A stretch of DNA of 63,851 bases, the filler included, from Basidiobolus ranarum (lineage: Eukaryota): assembly GCA_040143965.1 (NCBI GenBank). It is 17 parts of 17 records of this genome, joined end to end, with 100 filler letters (N's around TTAATTAATTAA, not from the genome) between each part and the next. Parts side by side here need not be neighbours in the genome. Positions count along the whole stretch, not along the records: positions 22,621 to 26,283 come from JASJQH010009219.1; positions 26,384 to 30,045 come from JASJQH010009220.1; positions 30,146 to 33,806 come from JASJQH010009221.1; positions 33,907 to 37,565 come from JASJQH010009222.1; 13 more parts are not named here. One strand, given 5' to 3'. This document shows, one piece after another, positions 23,138 through 37,037 of this stretch (position 1 is its first letter; every line of letters begins with the position of its first letter). The notes under the pieces are model-generated. The model had not been told where the DNA came from, searched no databases, and was given only the letters and a program-made list of their open reading frames with translations. The position numbers and the translations under genes are program-made.

Positions 23138-24999
23138 GCTGTCTCCTCTACGTCTTTTATACGATGAAAGTTGGAAAGGTATCTTGAAAAAAGGGGGAAG
23201 GTATATTGAACTTGGCTCTAGAAAGCAACGTCCTACAAGGCTGAGAAGGAAATGCTAGTAGGTTGAGAGATAAGGACTAGTACGCTGACAGAAGAATGAA
23301 AATCAAATCAGATATGAAGAAGAAAAGGAAAAGTTTATCCAAGTGTGGGGAAGACAAGAAGTAAAATTCTTGGTTTTCTGATACGTGAATAGGGAATTCA
23401 ATGAAGTCATAGTTGGCGTCTTTATTATTAATTATTATATGGAACAGGAAATTGTTAATTAACGTAGTCATTTAGAAAATCCCTAGCTACATGAAATTCT
23501 TAATATTCTGGGACCTGTAAACCGATGCGCAATAGTAAGATGAATCATACGCCCACCAAGGCTCCTATTTTTAGAATCTGTGTTTCTAAAAAGAGTTTGA
23601 TTCTTCTCATTATTCGTTAAGGAGTGGCAAGGGTGGTGCGATAAACTGCTCTTGGTTTGCTAGGAGTAGGGTTAGGGTTAGAGTTAGGGTTGGACCGATT
23701 ATTTATAGAATCTGGAATCAACTCCAGCTATCAATGAGCGAACTCTCAGCCATTCAAGCCCAACCCACATTCCCAAGGACACATTTCTAAATCCGCATAG
23801 TGGATCTGATATATTCAGATAACATCATGCCATGCCAAGTGGAGGGTAAATGGGCCTTTGTGACCATTGTATCGCTTGGACTTATTGCTACTTTTGCGAC
23901 ATTATTATCTAATCAATAGGCCTTGTGTATCATATTGCGACAAAGCTGTCAACATGTTTACGTAACTTTCTATGCTCATATATATCAGAGAAATCATTAA
24001 TGAGATTGTGCTATTTTCCTCCTGGCTTCCCTATATTTAATTGTAAGTTTGAATGAGTAACTTTTCTTTCGTGGGCCAATCATACGGTCCATGTAAACAT
24101 ACGACCCATGATTGGTCAAAGATCATCTAGAGATCTGGCGTCGATATATGTGTACAAACCAAGCCTTGCTGCATCCAATGGTCGATTATGCTATGCCGAT
24201 TCCAAGCTACGCGGACTAACAGTGCGAATAAGTGATGTATTTACACCGAAAACACCAATCTAGGGCCATTAGGTTAACTTTAATTTATCTCAGCCATGCA
24301 TGCTCTTACATAGAGCTAGTCAGATTTGGATGTATCCAGTCATTTTTGTTAGGTTCCGATGAAAGAAGGTTGAACGATAGCTGCATAGCTACTTTTCTGT
24401 CTAGGGCGGGTAATTTCACTAATCTGATTGCACCAATATCTGACCTTATTCATCTATCATATGGAAATCAATCCACATGGTGACATCATCCAACCCCGTT
24501 ATGGTAATACGGAGACAATTTATTCAAACACATAAACTACAAAACCGTCATTAGATAGCAAGTGCAGTGTATATGAGATCGGTCTACTTGGTATATTTTC
24601 ATTTAGTTTCTAAGCACCACGCAGCATTTTAACAAACCCTCAGGATGTGTATTCTTTGACGACGCATTGGAGTTTCCAATTTAGAGTACTGGTACGTAGA
24701 AACGAAATCATTTGCTGCTGTCATATGTTGTTGTGGTTTATCATCCTTATTCAGTGGATTATCCCGATCTTTATCCAGCTAGCTATTTTATATATCACAT
24801 CTAGGTTTATTAATCAGATATCTGTATGAAATCGAAACATGCATTTTGTGTAAATATGAGTTATCCCTCATTGAGTAGAGTTGATATTTTAGGTGGTTTA
24901 TTGCAACTGAATAAGCCGGGGATCAATATATTCATGATGACGAATGCAAAGGAAATCAAGTTGGACATGCCTAATTGGGATGGTATTTGCACATTGAAT

Positions 25000-26283
25000 T
25001 GTTGAAGTATCTTGGGAGTTTGTTGGAAGTGGTTTGGTGAACTAGAAGAATTGGTGGTTTCATTTATTGATTTATTGAGAATTCAGTTGGCATTTATGCT
25101 TTTGTCAAGATGTAAACAAACTAACATGCAACTGCCAAATATGTAAGATATTTGAATTACTCCCCTCTATGCAACAAATTGTATGAGTACATGGCATAGA
25201 GTCAAGGTCTAGTTACATAACTATTCAAGTAAATGAACTGATAGCTAGATAGACTGAGCACTTAGCCAAGGTTACAGAGAACCCAGATTCAATTCCTGCC
25301 CAGATCAGAACATCCACTATATAAATCAATATTTACTAACTAGTATATGGATGCTGATTGTGTTTTGAAAATGTGAGCTTTGAGCAGAAGCTTATTACAA
25401 ATGATGCTTTGAGATGCAGAGTGATGAACTAATGACTACAAATGTAGTACATATACTTTTTGATAGAAATAAGAAAAGCAAGCAAAAGGATTATATACAG
25501 ATTAATGATGGCTTTGAATCAATCTTCCTGGGGCTTATGTGGATTATTTATCTCATGCTCAACTAACAGTTGGATTGCTCACACTGAACTGCTTTGAATT
25601 GCACTATATAGTACTTTTGACTAACTTAGATATGATATCTGAGATTACCAGGTACACAAGGATAGCAATCAAGCAGAATAGTGTTGTTAATATTGAAATT
25701 AGCATTGCCTAAGCATCTATATAGTCATACATAGCTTAGTACTGGGTTATCTGATACTTCACTAAGATATTACCCTTTATTCTCAATTGAATTTGCTAGG
25801 AATATTTTTAGCTACATAGAAGCAAAGTCCGCAAACATTTTTAGGGTCTTCTGAGTCCAAAAATCCATCTGGCTAGTCCATAAACTATGTGAAATCAAAG
25901 TTTTATTCCATGGTAAAAAAGAAAAAAGTATCATTAACACAATTTGTCTTAATATCAAGGACATATGGTTAATCCCATGTTCATAAGCCAAAACTGCCAA
26001 CAAGGTAAGGAAAACCTTGAAACACACCTACCAAACATGCTCTGCTACCAATAAAATGTATCTAAGAAGACAACTCATTAACCTAAAGATGAAGCCAGGA
26101 GAAGACAAAAAAACACTAATCAATAGAGTCACTATTTTAGTGGATGAAATGCAATGCAACGAAATACCTACTACTGGGCAGGATATCAAAGTTGGAGTCC
26201 TGAATAGACTGCCACATAGATTTCAGTGCCTGGTAATGGCTCTAGAATCAAGAACTGAAAATATGACCTTAAATTATGTATTC
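25000..26283. mobile_element. Mosaic of copia fragments: LTR-B pieces, RT fragment (-), gag fragment (+)
   Basis: LTR-B pieces at 25000-25130 (-) and 25691-25810 (+); MD*PDGFLDSEDPKNVC on -; gag YQTCSATNKMYLRRQLINLKMKPGED...LVMALESR, homologous to 35198 onward. Confidence 0.8.
25235..25307 (+). pseudogene. Second, more decayed tRNA-like sequence (73 nt)
   Basis: GAACTGA TA GCTA GATAGACT GAGC A CTTAG CCAAGGT TACAG AGAAC CCAGA TTCAATT CCTGC CCAGATC A parses with canonical tRNA arm lengths and partial pairing. Confidence 0.5.
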
Positions 26284-26447
26284 NNNNNNNNNNNNNNNNN
26301 NNNNNNNNNNNNNNNNNNNNNNNNNNNTTAATTAATTAANNNNNNNNNNNNNNNNNNNNNNNNNNNNNNNNNNNNNNNNNNNNATTCAATGTGACTGATC
26401 TTGGTGAACTGAAGTACTATCTTGGAATACAAATTAATATTGATAGC

Positions 26448-26904
26448 CAAGGCTATTACCAGTTTTTTCACTCCAAGTTCCAAAAATTCACTGAATGTGA
26501 TTCCCTCAAACAAAAACTCAGATCAAAAGAATGGTCCTCGAGGAGTTTCTGACTCCTCTCTGTCCAAATCAGAACCGAAGGATGATGATATTTTGGCAAT
26601 TGATACTTGTCACGAAGCAAAGAGTAGTGAGCATCCTGACGTAGATACAAATCCCTCTGAATATATTGTGAATGAAACAAGTGAAATCGAAGTCAACTCC
26701 AAACCAAGTATACCTACTCTAGATTGTGATAAATGTGGAAAATCCGTTCCGTACACAGAATGGGATGAGCATTCGGATTTCCACTTTGCTTTAGAGCTTT
26801 CCAGAGAACACAAACGTCCATCTGAGAGCCTACCTCCAAGAGAAGAGACACATTTAGGTAAAAGGAAAAATGTCAAAACGGGAATCGCCAAATTTTTCAA
26901 ATAA
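26448..26904 (+). CDS. RAD30: DNA polymerase eta, C-terminal exon
   Basis: UBZ3 finger CDKCGKSVPYTEWDEHSDFHFALELSRE, basic NLS KRK, terminal PIP box KTGIAKFFK and an internal ITSFF. The exon start is inferred from a TAG acceptor. Confidence 0.8.
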
Positions 26905-28498
26905 TCATGTATATCAAACGTACGCTTGGCCAATCGTTATATTGTTAGGCAATCTCCCAAAATTCAGATATATTCTATGTATCTATTTTATGGCTTTTAC
27001 TCAATAACGCCACCGCAAAGATGTTCTTACTTCTACAAAATGCTTGAAGACTGGCATTAATCGCCTCGAGAAGTTCAACTCGATAATAAAGTATCTTTAA
27101 TCATCACATCTGACAGATATCCGAAAATACATTCTGACCAATAAAGAACGTCAATCATAGATGTAATGGAAACCTGTACATCGGCTTGCACACTTGACTA
27201 CAGCATACACAGATATTGATGTGCCAATAGAACCACATATATTCTGGGTTTTTCCGCCAATTAAGACTGTAGTGGGAGATGTCATCTGATTGGGAGGTAC
27301 AAATAATATAACAGCAATTACGAGAAATACAAACTTAAATTCTGAGGCACATCCTAGGAATTTATCCGAGCTTAATCAGATTTCTTCTACGTCATAGCAA
27401 CCAGTTTTGACAAGCAAACGTGAAGTGACGAGTTATGGGCTCGAGTGTTGGATTAGTGACACTCCTAAGTTGCACCCCAAAAAGAACTAGCCTTGGATGG
27501 AAATGGTGATTTTCGTTCAATACACCTGGGATACTATCAAATGCTCTGGCACGTCCTAATGCTTATAGCAAGCTAAGACTGACCAGATGAACTTCATTAT
27601 AGAAGCTCTATACAGAACCGAGCGTATATCTTACTTCCCCACAATGAGCTCATGTTCAGTACCCCACATCTCACCAAGATCAGATAAATAAGCCAGCTGG
27701 GCGAATCGTGTTCCCTTTGTAACGTAAGAAGTGAAAAAAAATCGCCCCATTTTTCGGCTTCCCGTTTGGACACCTTTGACATTGAAAAAGGAAATTGGTT
27801 CCCAAAATCGTCCGGATTGGATGCAATCAAGGAGTGAACGATGGTGGGGAAAGCGGGACTCTATCCTAGGATGGTAATATTCTCGGAGTTGATTGTTTCA
27901 AGCTATCAAAGTGTTTACTAGTTTGGGCGAATATGGACACAGCCGTGTTACTATTGTCGTCGGCAAATCTTGCGAAAATTTGAGCTCTCTTTGGTCACAT
28001 ACAACCCTTGTTATACGACACCTTCAATCATATACCCTTCCTTACCCTCCCCACGTCGTCTCCACCATACCGGTTCCGGTTAATCCGACCAATGATCGCG
28101 CACTTACAACAAGTCGATATTTACATGCTCATACTATATCTTCCGATATTTCCTTTACACTCCGTAGATACACGTTACAAATGGCAAGAAAGGGTTTCAT
28201 TTACTGGTTTGTTATATTCAACTAATAAATTATGGCAAAAGTATTTTCGGAATTCTTGCATTCAGATCTCATTACTTGGAATTGCGTGACCTAAATAGAT
28301 TACCAGTCATACGAAATATTATTATTACCAAAAATTGATAGGTATTAAGAGCGCTTAATTTTTTTTTCCCTTTCTGACGTTTTGGGGGAATCCCCCTCAA
28401 AAGTGCATATATGTTGACCTCCCACGAAACCTCCTCCGGTGCTGGTTGCCTTATCAACTTCTCAATCTTCCTCAAATCTAACTTGTCCCAGATACAAC

Positions 28499-29811
28499 AT
28501 GTTCATGTCCAAGTCTGTCCCTGCTGCTCTTAGAGTGTTGCGCAACACCGCTCAGGTATAAATGAATCTATTTGTATCCCTCTCCATTATCTATCCTTCT
28601 TGCCACATCAAATATCATGAGCCCACTTGTACTCTGAGTTTATGCTAAAATATAATGCAAATTTTAGTTCTCCGCTGTCAGAACTTTGGCTACTGCCACC
28701 ACCGGTCCTGTTTTGAACAAGAACCCTGCCACCGTAAGTCCCTCTTAAATTGTGTATACTATATTTTTTTATAAAGCAAATCGCTCACCTTTGTTAATTG
28801 ATAAAGGGCAACTATGTTGTAACTATGATTCCTGGTGATGGTATCGGTCCTGAGATTTCCAAATCTGTAAAAGAAATCTACGCTGCCGCTAACGTCCCAA
28901 TTGAATGGGAGGAGGTTGATGTCACACCTGTCATTAGAGAGGGAAAGACCGTCATTCCTGATGAGGCTCTTCACTCTGTCCAAAAGAACAAGATCGCCTT
29001 GAAGGGACCTTTGGCCACCCCTATCGGTAAGGGTCACGTCTCACTCAATTTGACTTTGAGAAGAACTTTTGATCTCTACGCCAACGTCCGTCCTTGCAAG
29101 AGTATTGTTGGTTACAAGACACTCTATGACAACGTCAACACTGTCTTGATTAGAGAAAATACTGAGGGTGAATACTCTGGCATTGAACATGAGGTTATCG
29201 ATGGTGTTGTTCAATCCATTAAGTTGATTACCAGAGAAGCCTCTGAGCGTTGCGCCAGATACGCTTTTGAATATGCCGTTGCTAACGGACGTGAGCGTGT
29301 TACTGCTGTCCACAAGGCTAACATCATGAAGATGTCTGACGGACTCTTCTTGAGTGCTTGCCGTGATATTGCCCAGGAGTATCCTCAGATCAAATTCGAT
29401 GACGTTCTCCTTGATCGTGCTTGTCTGCACGTTGTTCAAGACCCACACATCTATGCTGATGCTGTCATGGTCATGCCTAACTTGTATGGTGATATCATCT
29501 CCGACATGTGTGCTGGTTTGATCGGAGGTTTGGGTCTTACACCTTCAGGAAATATTGGTAAATCTGCCTCTATCTTCGAGTCTGTTCACGGTACTGCTCC
29601 CGATATCGCTGGTCAAGACAAGGCCAACCCTACTGCTCTTCTTCTCAGCTCTGTCATGATGCTTCGTCACATGAAGCTCGAACCTTTCGCCGATACTATT
29701 GAATCTGCCGTCCTCAAGACCATCGCTGAGGGTAAGACACTCACTGGAGATTTGGGTGGTAAATCTACCAATTCTCAATTCACCGCTGAGGTTATCAAGA
29801 ACCTTGCTTAA
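28499..29811 (+). CDS. IDH2: Mitochondrial NAD-dependent isocitrate dehydrogenase, catalytic subunit (3 exons)
   Basis: Presequence [28 protein letters not shown] over two short exons; then [46 protein letters not shown] (metal-binding Asp residues kept), [13 protein letters not shown]. Confidence 0.95.
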
Positions 29812-30145
29812 TTTAGAACTTAAAGAAAGAAGGAAGAGTTTTTATGTGGTGTACATGATTAGCGAATTAATCCGTTAAACATTCTTCATTTTGTATTATT
29901 TCATTTTCTCTTTTCTTTTTACGGGATTATTTTAATATCAGTACCAAATTCCACTTTAAGCTTCAACCATCAATTTTTTAATGCCCTAACTCCCCCGCCC
30001 GGGGGGGGGGGGTGGGGGCCTGGGGGCGGGGGCGGCGGGGAGGAGNNNNNNNNNNNNNNNNNNNNNNNNNNNNNNNNNNNNNNNNNNNNTTAATTAATTA
30101 ANNNNNNNNNNNNNNNNNNNNNNNNNNNNNNNNNNNNNNNNNNNN

Positions 30146-31919
30146 CAAGTGCCATACACCCCATACAAATGGCATGTCCACGAGGATAAAATGGAGCATC
30201 ATCCGCTCTGTAGATCTATCCCATTTGAAGATAATTAAACGTGTGAGTCCAATGTCTGAATAAGTAAATGATCTGAGTTACTACTAGAAAATTACATACC
30301 TGACCGCCTAACGCACCACCGATGTTACCAAACGAAATGATTAGGGCAGAGGCTACTCCTCTCTTAGTATGTCCACCAATATTATTCGTAAACCAGGACA
30401 ACATGCTGGGGATGTTTGCAAACACGCCAGTGGTAGTGATGATTGCGGCGATATATAGAGCTGTGGAACCTTTGTGTCTCAATACAATAAGTAATAGATA
30501 GCCTATCATGCCAATGAACATCCAGACAGCAATATGGAAACCACGCTCCCTCTTACGATCAGCATGGAACGACACAAGGATGGTGAATACGCAAGCGACG
30601 GCATATGGAGGGGCAGACATCAATTGCGCTGTTAAGCTTGTAAATCCCATACCGCTGACGATACTTGGCAAGAACAAACTTAGACTGTACAAAGGAGTCG
30701 AGCCAGCAATATAGACAATCATATGTAAATAGATCTTCCAATCAATAAAAGCGTCTTTGAACTGTTTCCAGGAGAATTCAGTTTCCGAGGCAGCACCTGC
30801 ATCGTGTTTAAGACGATCCATCAACAGTTTACGTTCCTCTTCAGTCAGAAATGATGCAGTTTCTGGGAAATCAGGAAGATAGTAGTATGATACAAAGGCC
30901 AGAACGAGTGTTGGTATGCCTCTGCGAGTTTATATCAGAAGTATTAATTAGTATTCAGTTAAATCTGGCTCTCGTCTTATGATAAACTTACTCGATGATA
31001 AATATCCATTGCCAACCAGTCAAACCCTGAATTCCACTCATTTGGATGATTCCGTAGGCTAATACACCACCAAAGGCGCCTGCAATAGTAGCCGCCCCGA
31101 AGAACAACGCAATACGAAGAGCTTGTTCTTGACGAGTGTACCACAGAGAAAGATAAAAGATTACTCCAGGGAACAGACCGGCTAAAGAAAGGGTGAACAT
31201 TAGACTCTATAATGGAAAGGCAATTGATTGATTTATCAACTGTAACAATACCTTCTGCTAATCCTAAGAAAAATCTAGATGCCAAAAGACCTGCTGCGTT
31301 AGTTACAGCAGCCATACACATCATAACTACGGCCCAGGCGATCATGACAATTGGGATCCATCTTGAAGGACCGATTTTCTTCAGCATAATATTTGAAGGG
31401 CTATAGATAGAATGTTTAGTAAATCTAAGTATTCCCATTCATGATGAAGCACAAGATCCTTACACTTCGAAGAGGACCTACATTGTGATAAACGTAGCAA
31501 TACAAAAATTGATTAGTAACCGTCGAAAATTATTCTCGTACTTATGTTAATTCCACTTACATAGCCGATAAAGAAAATGGACAACGACCAATTGTACTCG
31601 CTTGGAGTTAAAGCAAGATCTTGATCGATGTGAGCGAGTTTGGCGTTTCCTATATTGATGAAATACATGATAGTGATAACCGTCAGTAATTGTTGTTAAC
31701 AGTAAATCTCAGCATTATTGAAAACCACCAGCGCTACATACCAATATTGACGCGATCAAGGAAAGAGCAAAGGTATAGCAAAGCAAGGAATGGAATCAAC
31801 CTCTTGTCCAATTTTCTAACTAACGCCTTCTCAGCAACAGGATCAAGGGAAAATCTGCCAGTGGCTCCTTTCTCCACATATACTGCGTCTTTAGGAGTAT
31901 ATACCTTTTCTGAAGCCAT
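30146..31919 (-). CDS. MFS transporter, anion:cation symporter (DAL5/TNA1-like) family, multi-exon, 3'-truncated
   Basis: EKALVRKLDKRLIPFLALLYLCSFLDRVNIG, PSNIMLKKIGP, RFFLGLAE.GLFPG..FYLSLWY, GWQWIFIIEG, AQLMSAPPY, NNIGGHTKR. Confidence 0.93.
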
Positions 31920-34900
31920 CAGTAAGCAGAGTAGAGAAAATCAACTCACAAGTCTGGATGACAATCAGTGCGTGGGGTAACTTTTATATGCGAAATAGTC
32001 GTAATACATGCGCGAACCATTGTGTGAATCGTGAGAATGAGTGAGGTTAGAAACACTATATTGATCTGATATAATTGGTACACCACTATTGTCCAAGAAT
32101 CATATACAATGTGAGAACATGACTAATGGAACATCTACTACGTGGGAATTATCATTAAAACATGAACTGTTGTCTGCCTACATCCATAGGTGCAGATTAA
32201 AACCTCACACACATGACATTAATACGAGCTCGGATCCTCTATCTAAGATTAGAGTACAAGGTACATCAACGAGTAAAACCCTGTGATACATTATTTGTAT
32301 GGTTTCCATCCTTATCTCAAGACACTAGTAATATATGTTGATCTTTCGTTGCATTATGGATATGGTTCATGGTTTTGAGCCAACCCTTCAATAGGACAAG
32401 GTCAAGAGCCTAAACATCATGCATTGACCAGATAGTTTGATAATCTAATTAAGGGATGTTGTATTGTTCGTACCACGCCTAATTATCCATATCCAATAAC
32501 CTGATAAAGCGAGTCTCCTTTAGATGCCAAGTTGAATATCCATTCGAATATGCAACTGTCCTTTTTAGCATAGTGAGATATATATGGGTGAATTAACGGA
32601 TCAACAACCATTTCCAGCCCCGTTATCTATCGTTTGTTCCGCGGTTCATCCTGACGCCTTACTTAAGTGCAACACAAGCAATAACTTAATCGATGTGAAG
32701 TATTTTAGAGTGTTAGCATCCGGATAATGGTTTGGTGATTATGGCAACAGTGGAGTAGTGAGTATTTGTGCTACCACAAAGTAACAGCGCATGTGATACT
32801 TGGTGCGAACCAGGTTTTAGTTGTCTGTTCTAACAACATCTTTCACTTGTCTTGTGAATCTTTCAGGACCTAAGTATCTGAATCTACATTGCCGATCTTA
32901 CAACATGACTGTCACTTTATACCACAGTAGAGGTATATTGAACGAGAATCATTGTGTTTGGTCCTCTCCATAGGACTCAATGCAGATATTAGTTGCTCAT
33001 TCACTGGCAGTGCGATCCCCATTGGTCAGATTTTGGAAATATATACAATTGCCTACTTGGATGGGAGGTGAGACACTAGTGATGTAAGTTATTTCCAAAG
33101 TAAGAGTAATCACTTCGTGACTAATACACACTGCTCAGTGATGAAGCAATCTGAATCCATACCATTCATACATGATGACTGGATTTTCCGGGGAACTAGA
33201 TTTACCCGGAACCCAATACTTTGGACTGGAGAGGGGGATCACTGGAGTCCTCTTTCTTCAGCTTCGCGATTGAATAGAGTTTCGTAAGCGCGACGACAAG
33301 TGTATCGTGCAACATAGGCCCTCAAATCTGTTTCATTACTCGGACCGGTTATTCTAGAGTAACAGGAAATTTGTCAACTGCCATGTTGAACCAGTTCAGA
33401 CCCTAATGATTTATCCGTGCGAATCATCACCTGGAGACAGCCGATCCAAATCAAAGGGTCAATTAATCGCTCTTACCAGTCGATATACCGACTAGAAATA
33501 TAGCTATTTCATTTCGCCTGCGAGTTAATCATATTGAAGATCAGTATCTATGATTCGTGACACGTCACGCATTTCCTAATCAGATTGGTAATGTGAAATC
33601 AATGTTTTAGCCTCGGAGGACTTGTAATACTCTAAGCGATGACTAAGAATGAAAATGGGGCTTATTCAATGCAAGAAGTACAATACTCCAGCTTACATGG
33701 GAATAACGAGCAACCGTGTCAATATGGTTCAGCCATTATCACAACAGAGCAGAATCTATTTGCCCAACAGTTGAAGACAATGGGAGTAAATGATTCATAC
33801 TCACATNNNNNNNNNNNNNNNNNNNNNNNNNNNNNNNNNNNNNNNNNNNNTTAATTAATTAANNNNNNNNNNNNNNNNNNNNNNNNNNNNNNNNNNNNNN
33901 NNNNNNAATTTTCCATTACACTTACCTGAGTCAAGCACTCTTGTAGATCGGTTCATATAGGCCAGGTTATTCAAATTCAACAAATATTATACAAGCAATC
34001 GACTGAGATATTCTGTGTCAAGATTAATTTGTTTGGTGTAGATAAAGCGTTGTATAACCAACCATATTCTTTTCTTCGATAACAATCAAGTAACCAATAT
34101 TCTTTTCTAGTTGAACTGAGGCCTACTGGAAAAAGCTTGTTTCAACATGAGTAATTGTGACTATATCTTTAACATCCTTGTAAAGAATTCTGAAGCTGAT
34201 ACCGATCCATTCATTTAAGTATTCCAAAGTCAATTTTTCTTCAGTATGCAACAAGATTGTACTGTTAAGATTACTGTATCCGAATCTCTTGAATAATATT
34301 CATCTACGCTTTCTCAGATTCCCATCATTACTCCAAACCCGATTGACTATTTAAGTTAACAAATAAATCGAAATTTAGTAAACCTTACATTTTAGTTAGA
34401 TCCTACCCAGAAAGATTAGACTTGGATGCTTTCGGAGAGTCACCAGGCCCAAATTGTTCACTTTCTCCGAGTAATTTGAGTCATGCTCACGCGCTCAACA
34501 AATTTTAAGCAAAGTATCAGACTCAGTCCAGATTCATAAATGTACCCACTCTACCTAATTTCACATGTGTATTGAGTTAGCCGAGATAGATTAATAGACT
34601 GGAACCATCTGATCAACGGAATCTAAAACTATTACTGTTTACATCAAGTGAAGTTATTAAAACTCTAAGCATATTTTTCCAACTGTCAACTTTAGTTCAA
34701 CCAACTATTCGTTAATAGAAACGATTGGATTATTTTATATTGGAAAGTTAAATATTTCGACATCTAGAACAAATTTAATTCATTGGAGTAGATAGCTGAA
34801 CTGACCACTTTTATACATCATGGATCAAACTTCATGTGACCTATTTAAAGGGAGAGTGTTGAAATCAGCATTGCCTAAACACCTATATAGACATATATAG

Positions 34901-35703
34901 CTTAGTAATTAGTTATGTACTATTGAACTTAGATATTGCCCATTATTCTTGTGAGGAATTCATTTAGAAGGTTGAAGATATATAGATTTTTCAAAGAAGC
35001 CCCAAACTTTGCACACATTTTTCTTACACACATTCTATATGCTAGTTTGTTTACATCTTGACAAAACTATAAATGTCCACTTTCTACTCAATAAATCAAT
35101 AAGTGAAAACAACCAATGTCTCTAATCCTCCAAACCATTTCCAACAGGCTCCCAAATACATTAAAAGGCTCTGAGCCCCAAGCTTGTACTCTCTGTAATG
35201 TCTACTTCTCAAATTTATGGAACTTTTCCTTCTTCTGAAAAGATGGATAGAATCAATTTTCAAGTTTCAAAAATTACAATGAAATTTTTGCTGCAACAAA
35301 AAGAACTTGGGGACACTGTTGTAGGAGAAGAAAGCAATGAAAAACTATTTGAAACCAAAGTTTTGCTGCAGGTTAAGAAAGAACAAAGTGCCTTTAACAC
35401 ATTTAGTCTTAATATTAAAGATAAATTGCTAATTCAATGTACAAGAGCTAAAACTGCCAAAAAGGTATGGAAAGCCTTGGAAGACACCTACCAAACATGT
35501 TCTGCTGCCAACAAGATGCTTCTAAGAAGACAATTCTTTAACTCAAAGATGAAGCCAGGAGAAGACATAAATCACTAAATAATAGAGTCACTATTTGAGT
35601 GGATGAAATAGAATGCATTAGAGTACCTGCTACTGATCAAGATATCATAGTTATAGTCCTGAATAGCCTGCCACACAAGTTTCAGAGCCTAGTAATGGCT
35701 TTA

Positions 35704-36019
35704 TGTTGGAGGATCTTGACATCATGAGGGTAGACTTTGGGTATTAGAAGCAACTTATGATAGTGTGTTTTAGTTACTTTATTCTTAAGAGTATATGGTG
35801 ACTTATATAGTAGAAAAGTAAACAACTGTTTGAGATATTCAGAAGTTTGTGTAATAAGATATAATAGATAAGTGGGGGTAATAAGACATACTTATTATAT
35901 AGATATAGAGATATTCCTATTTAGAATATAGGGGCTATAGATATGTTGCTCTCTGTTTCTGATATATGTATCATAACTAAAGTTAACTATGATGTTGAAT
36001 AAAGATTAATTATCCAACA
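35704..36019. mobile_element. Solo LTR-like insertion, family C (316 bp)
   Basis: TGTTGGA...TCCAACA ends and 5-bp TSD CTTTA; removing it restores gag LVMALESRTEN. Confidence 0.92.
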
Positions 36020-36721
36020 CTTTAGAATCAAGAACTGAAAATCTGACCTTAAATTATGTATTTGGCAGACTTCTGGAAGAATATCTACACAAACTAGGAT
36101 CCAACCAAAAGAATGAAGAAAATACTTTCATAGGCTATGGGAAGCCTTCTTATAAAGGTCAAAAGCACTTTAAGAAGAATAGTAACATATTCTGTGATTA
36201 CTGTAAAAGAACTGGCCATTTAAGCAAAGATTGCTTTGAACAAATTGCAAAAGAAGAAAAACATACTGTATCTGGAAATGTGGTTACAACAGAAGATCAC
36301 TTGTTCATATCTGCTCTATCTATAACTACCAACAAGGATTCTCAGATGTGGTATATTGTTTCTGGAGCCTCTCACATTTGACAAATGAAAAATATTGGTT
36401 TGTGGAATATGAAGAAATCCCAATTGGAAAGGTTTTCATGGGAGATGACATACATTGGATGCAATTGGAATGAGAACAATTAAAGTCAATTTAACTGGAG
36501 CTTTTGAAGAGAAGGTGTATACTTTTAAGGATAAGCTGCATGTTCCAGATATTGCCAAGAATCTAATATTGGAATGCAGGGCCACCTCAGAAGGGCTAAA
36601 ATTGAATTCTGATAAGTCTTGATGGAGCATTCACTGATCAAAATGGCAACTATTTGGCTTTGGGAGAAAAGGATCAAAACTTATACAAACCTACATATAA
36701 TCCAAGAGGTGTATGTCTAAA

Positions 36722-37037
36722 TGTTGGATAATTAATCTTTATTCAACATCATAGTTAGCTTTAGTTATGATACATATATCAGAAACAGAAAGCAATGTAT
36801 CTATAGCCCCTATATTCTAGATAGGAATATCTCTATATCTATATATCAAGTATGTCTTATTACCCCCATGTATCTATTATATCTTATTACACAAACTTCT
36901 GAATATCTCAAACAATTGATTCACTTTTCTACTATATAAGTCACCATATACTCTTAAGAATAAAGTAACTAAAACACACTATCATAAGTTGCTTCTAATA
37001 CTCAAAGTCTACCCCATTATGTCAAGATCCTCCAACA
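36722..37037. mobile_element. Second family C solo LTR-like insertion, inverted relative to 35704-36019
   Basis: Reverse complement of the first copy with few differences; has its own TSD CTAAA. Confidence 0.92.

Noticed and set aside
28759-29778. Minus-strand ORFs opposite IDH2
   Set aside because: Antisense shadows produced by the strong codon bias of IDH2.
29990-30045. G-rich tract, possible G-quadruplex
   Set aside because: It sits at a contig end and is typical of low-quality poly-G read tails.
33639-34480. Truncated ORF at 33639 and a broken minus-strand frame at 33907-34480
   Set aside because: They are on different contigs and have no recognisable domain; the second contains stops.
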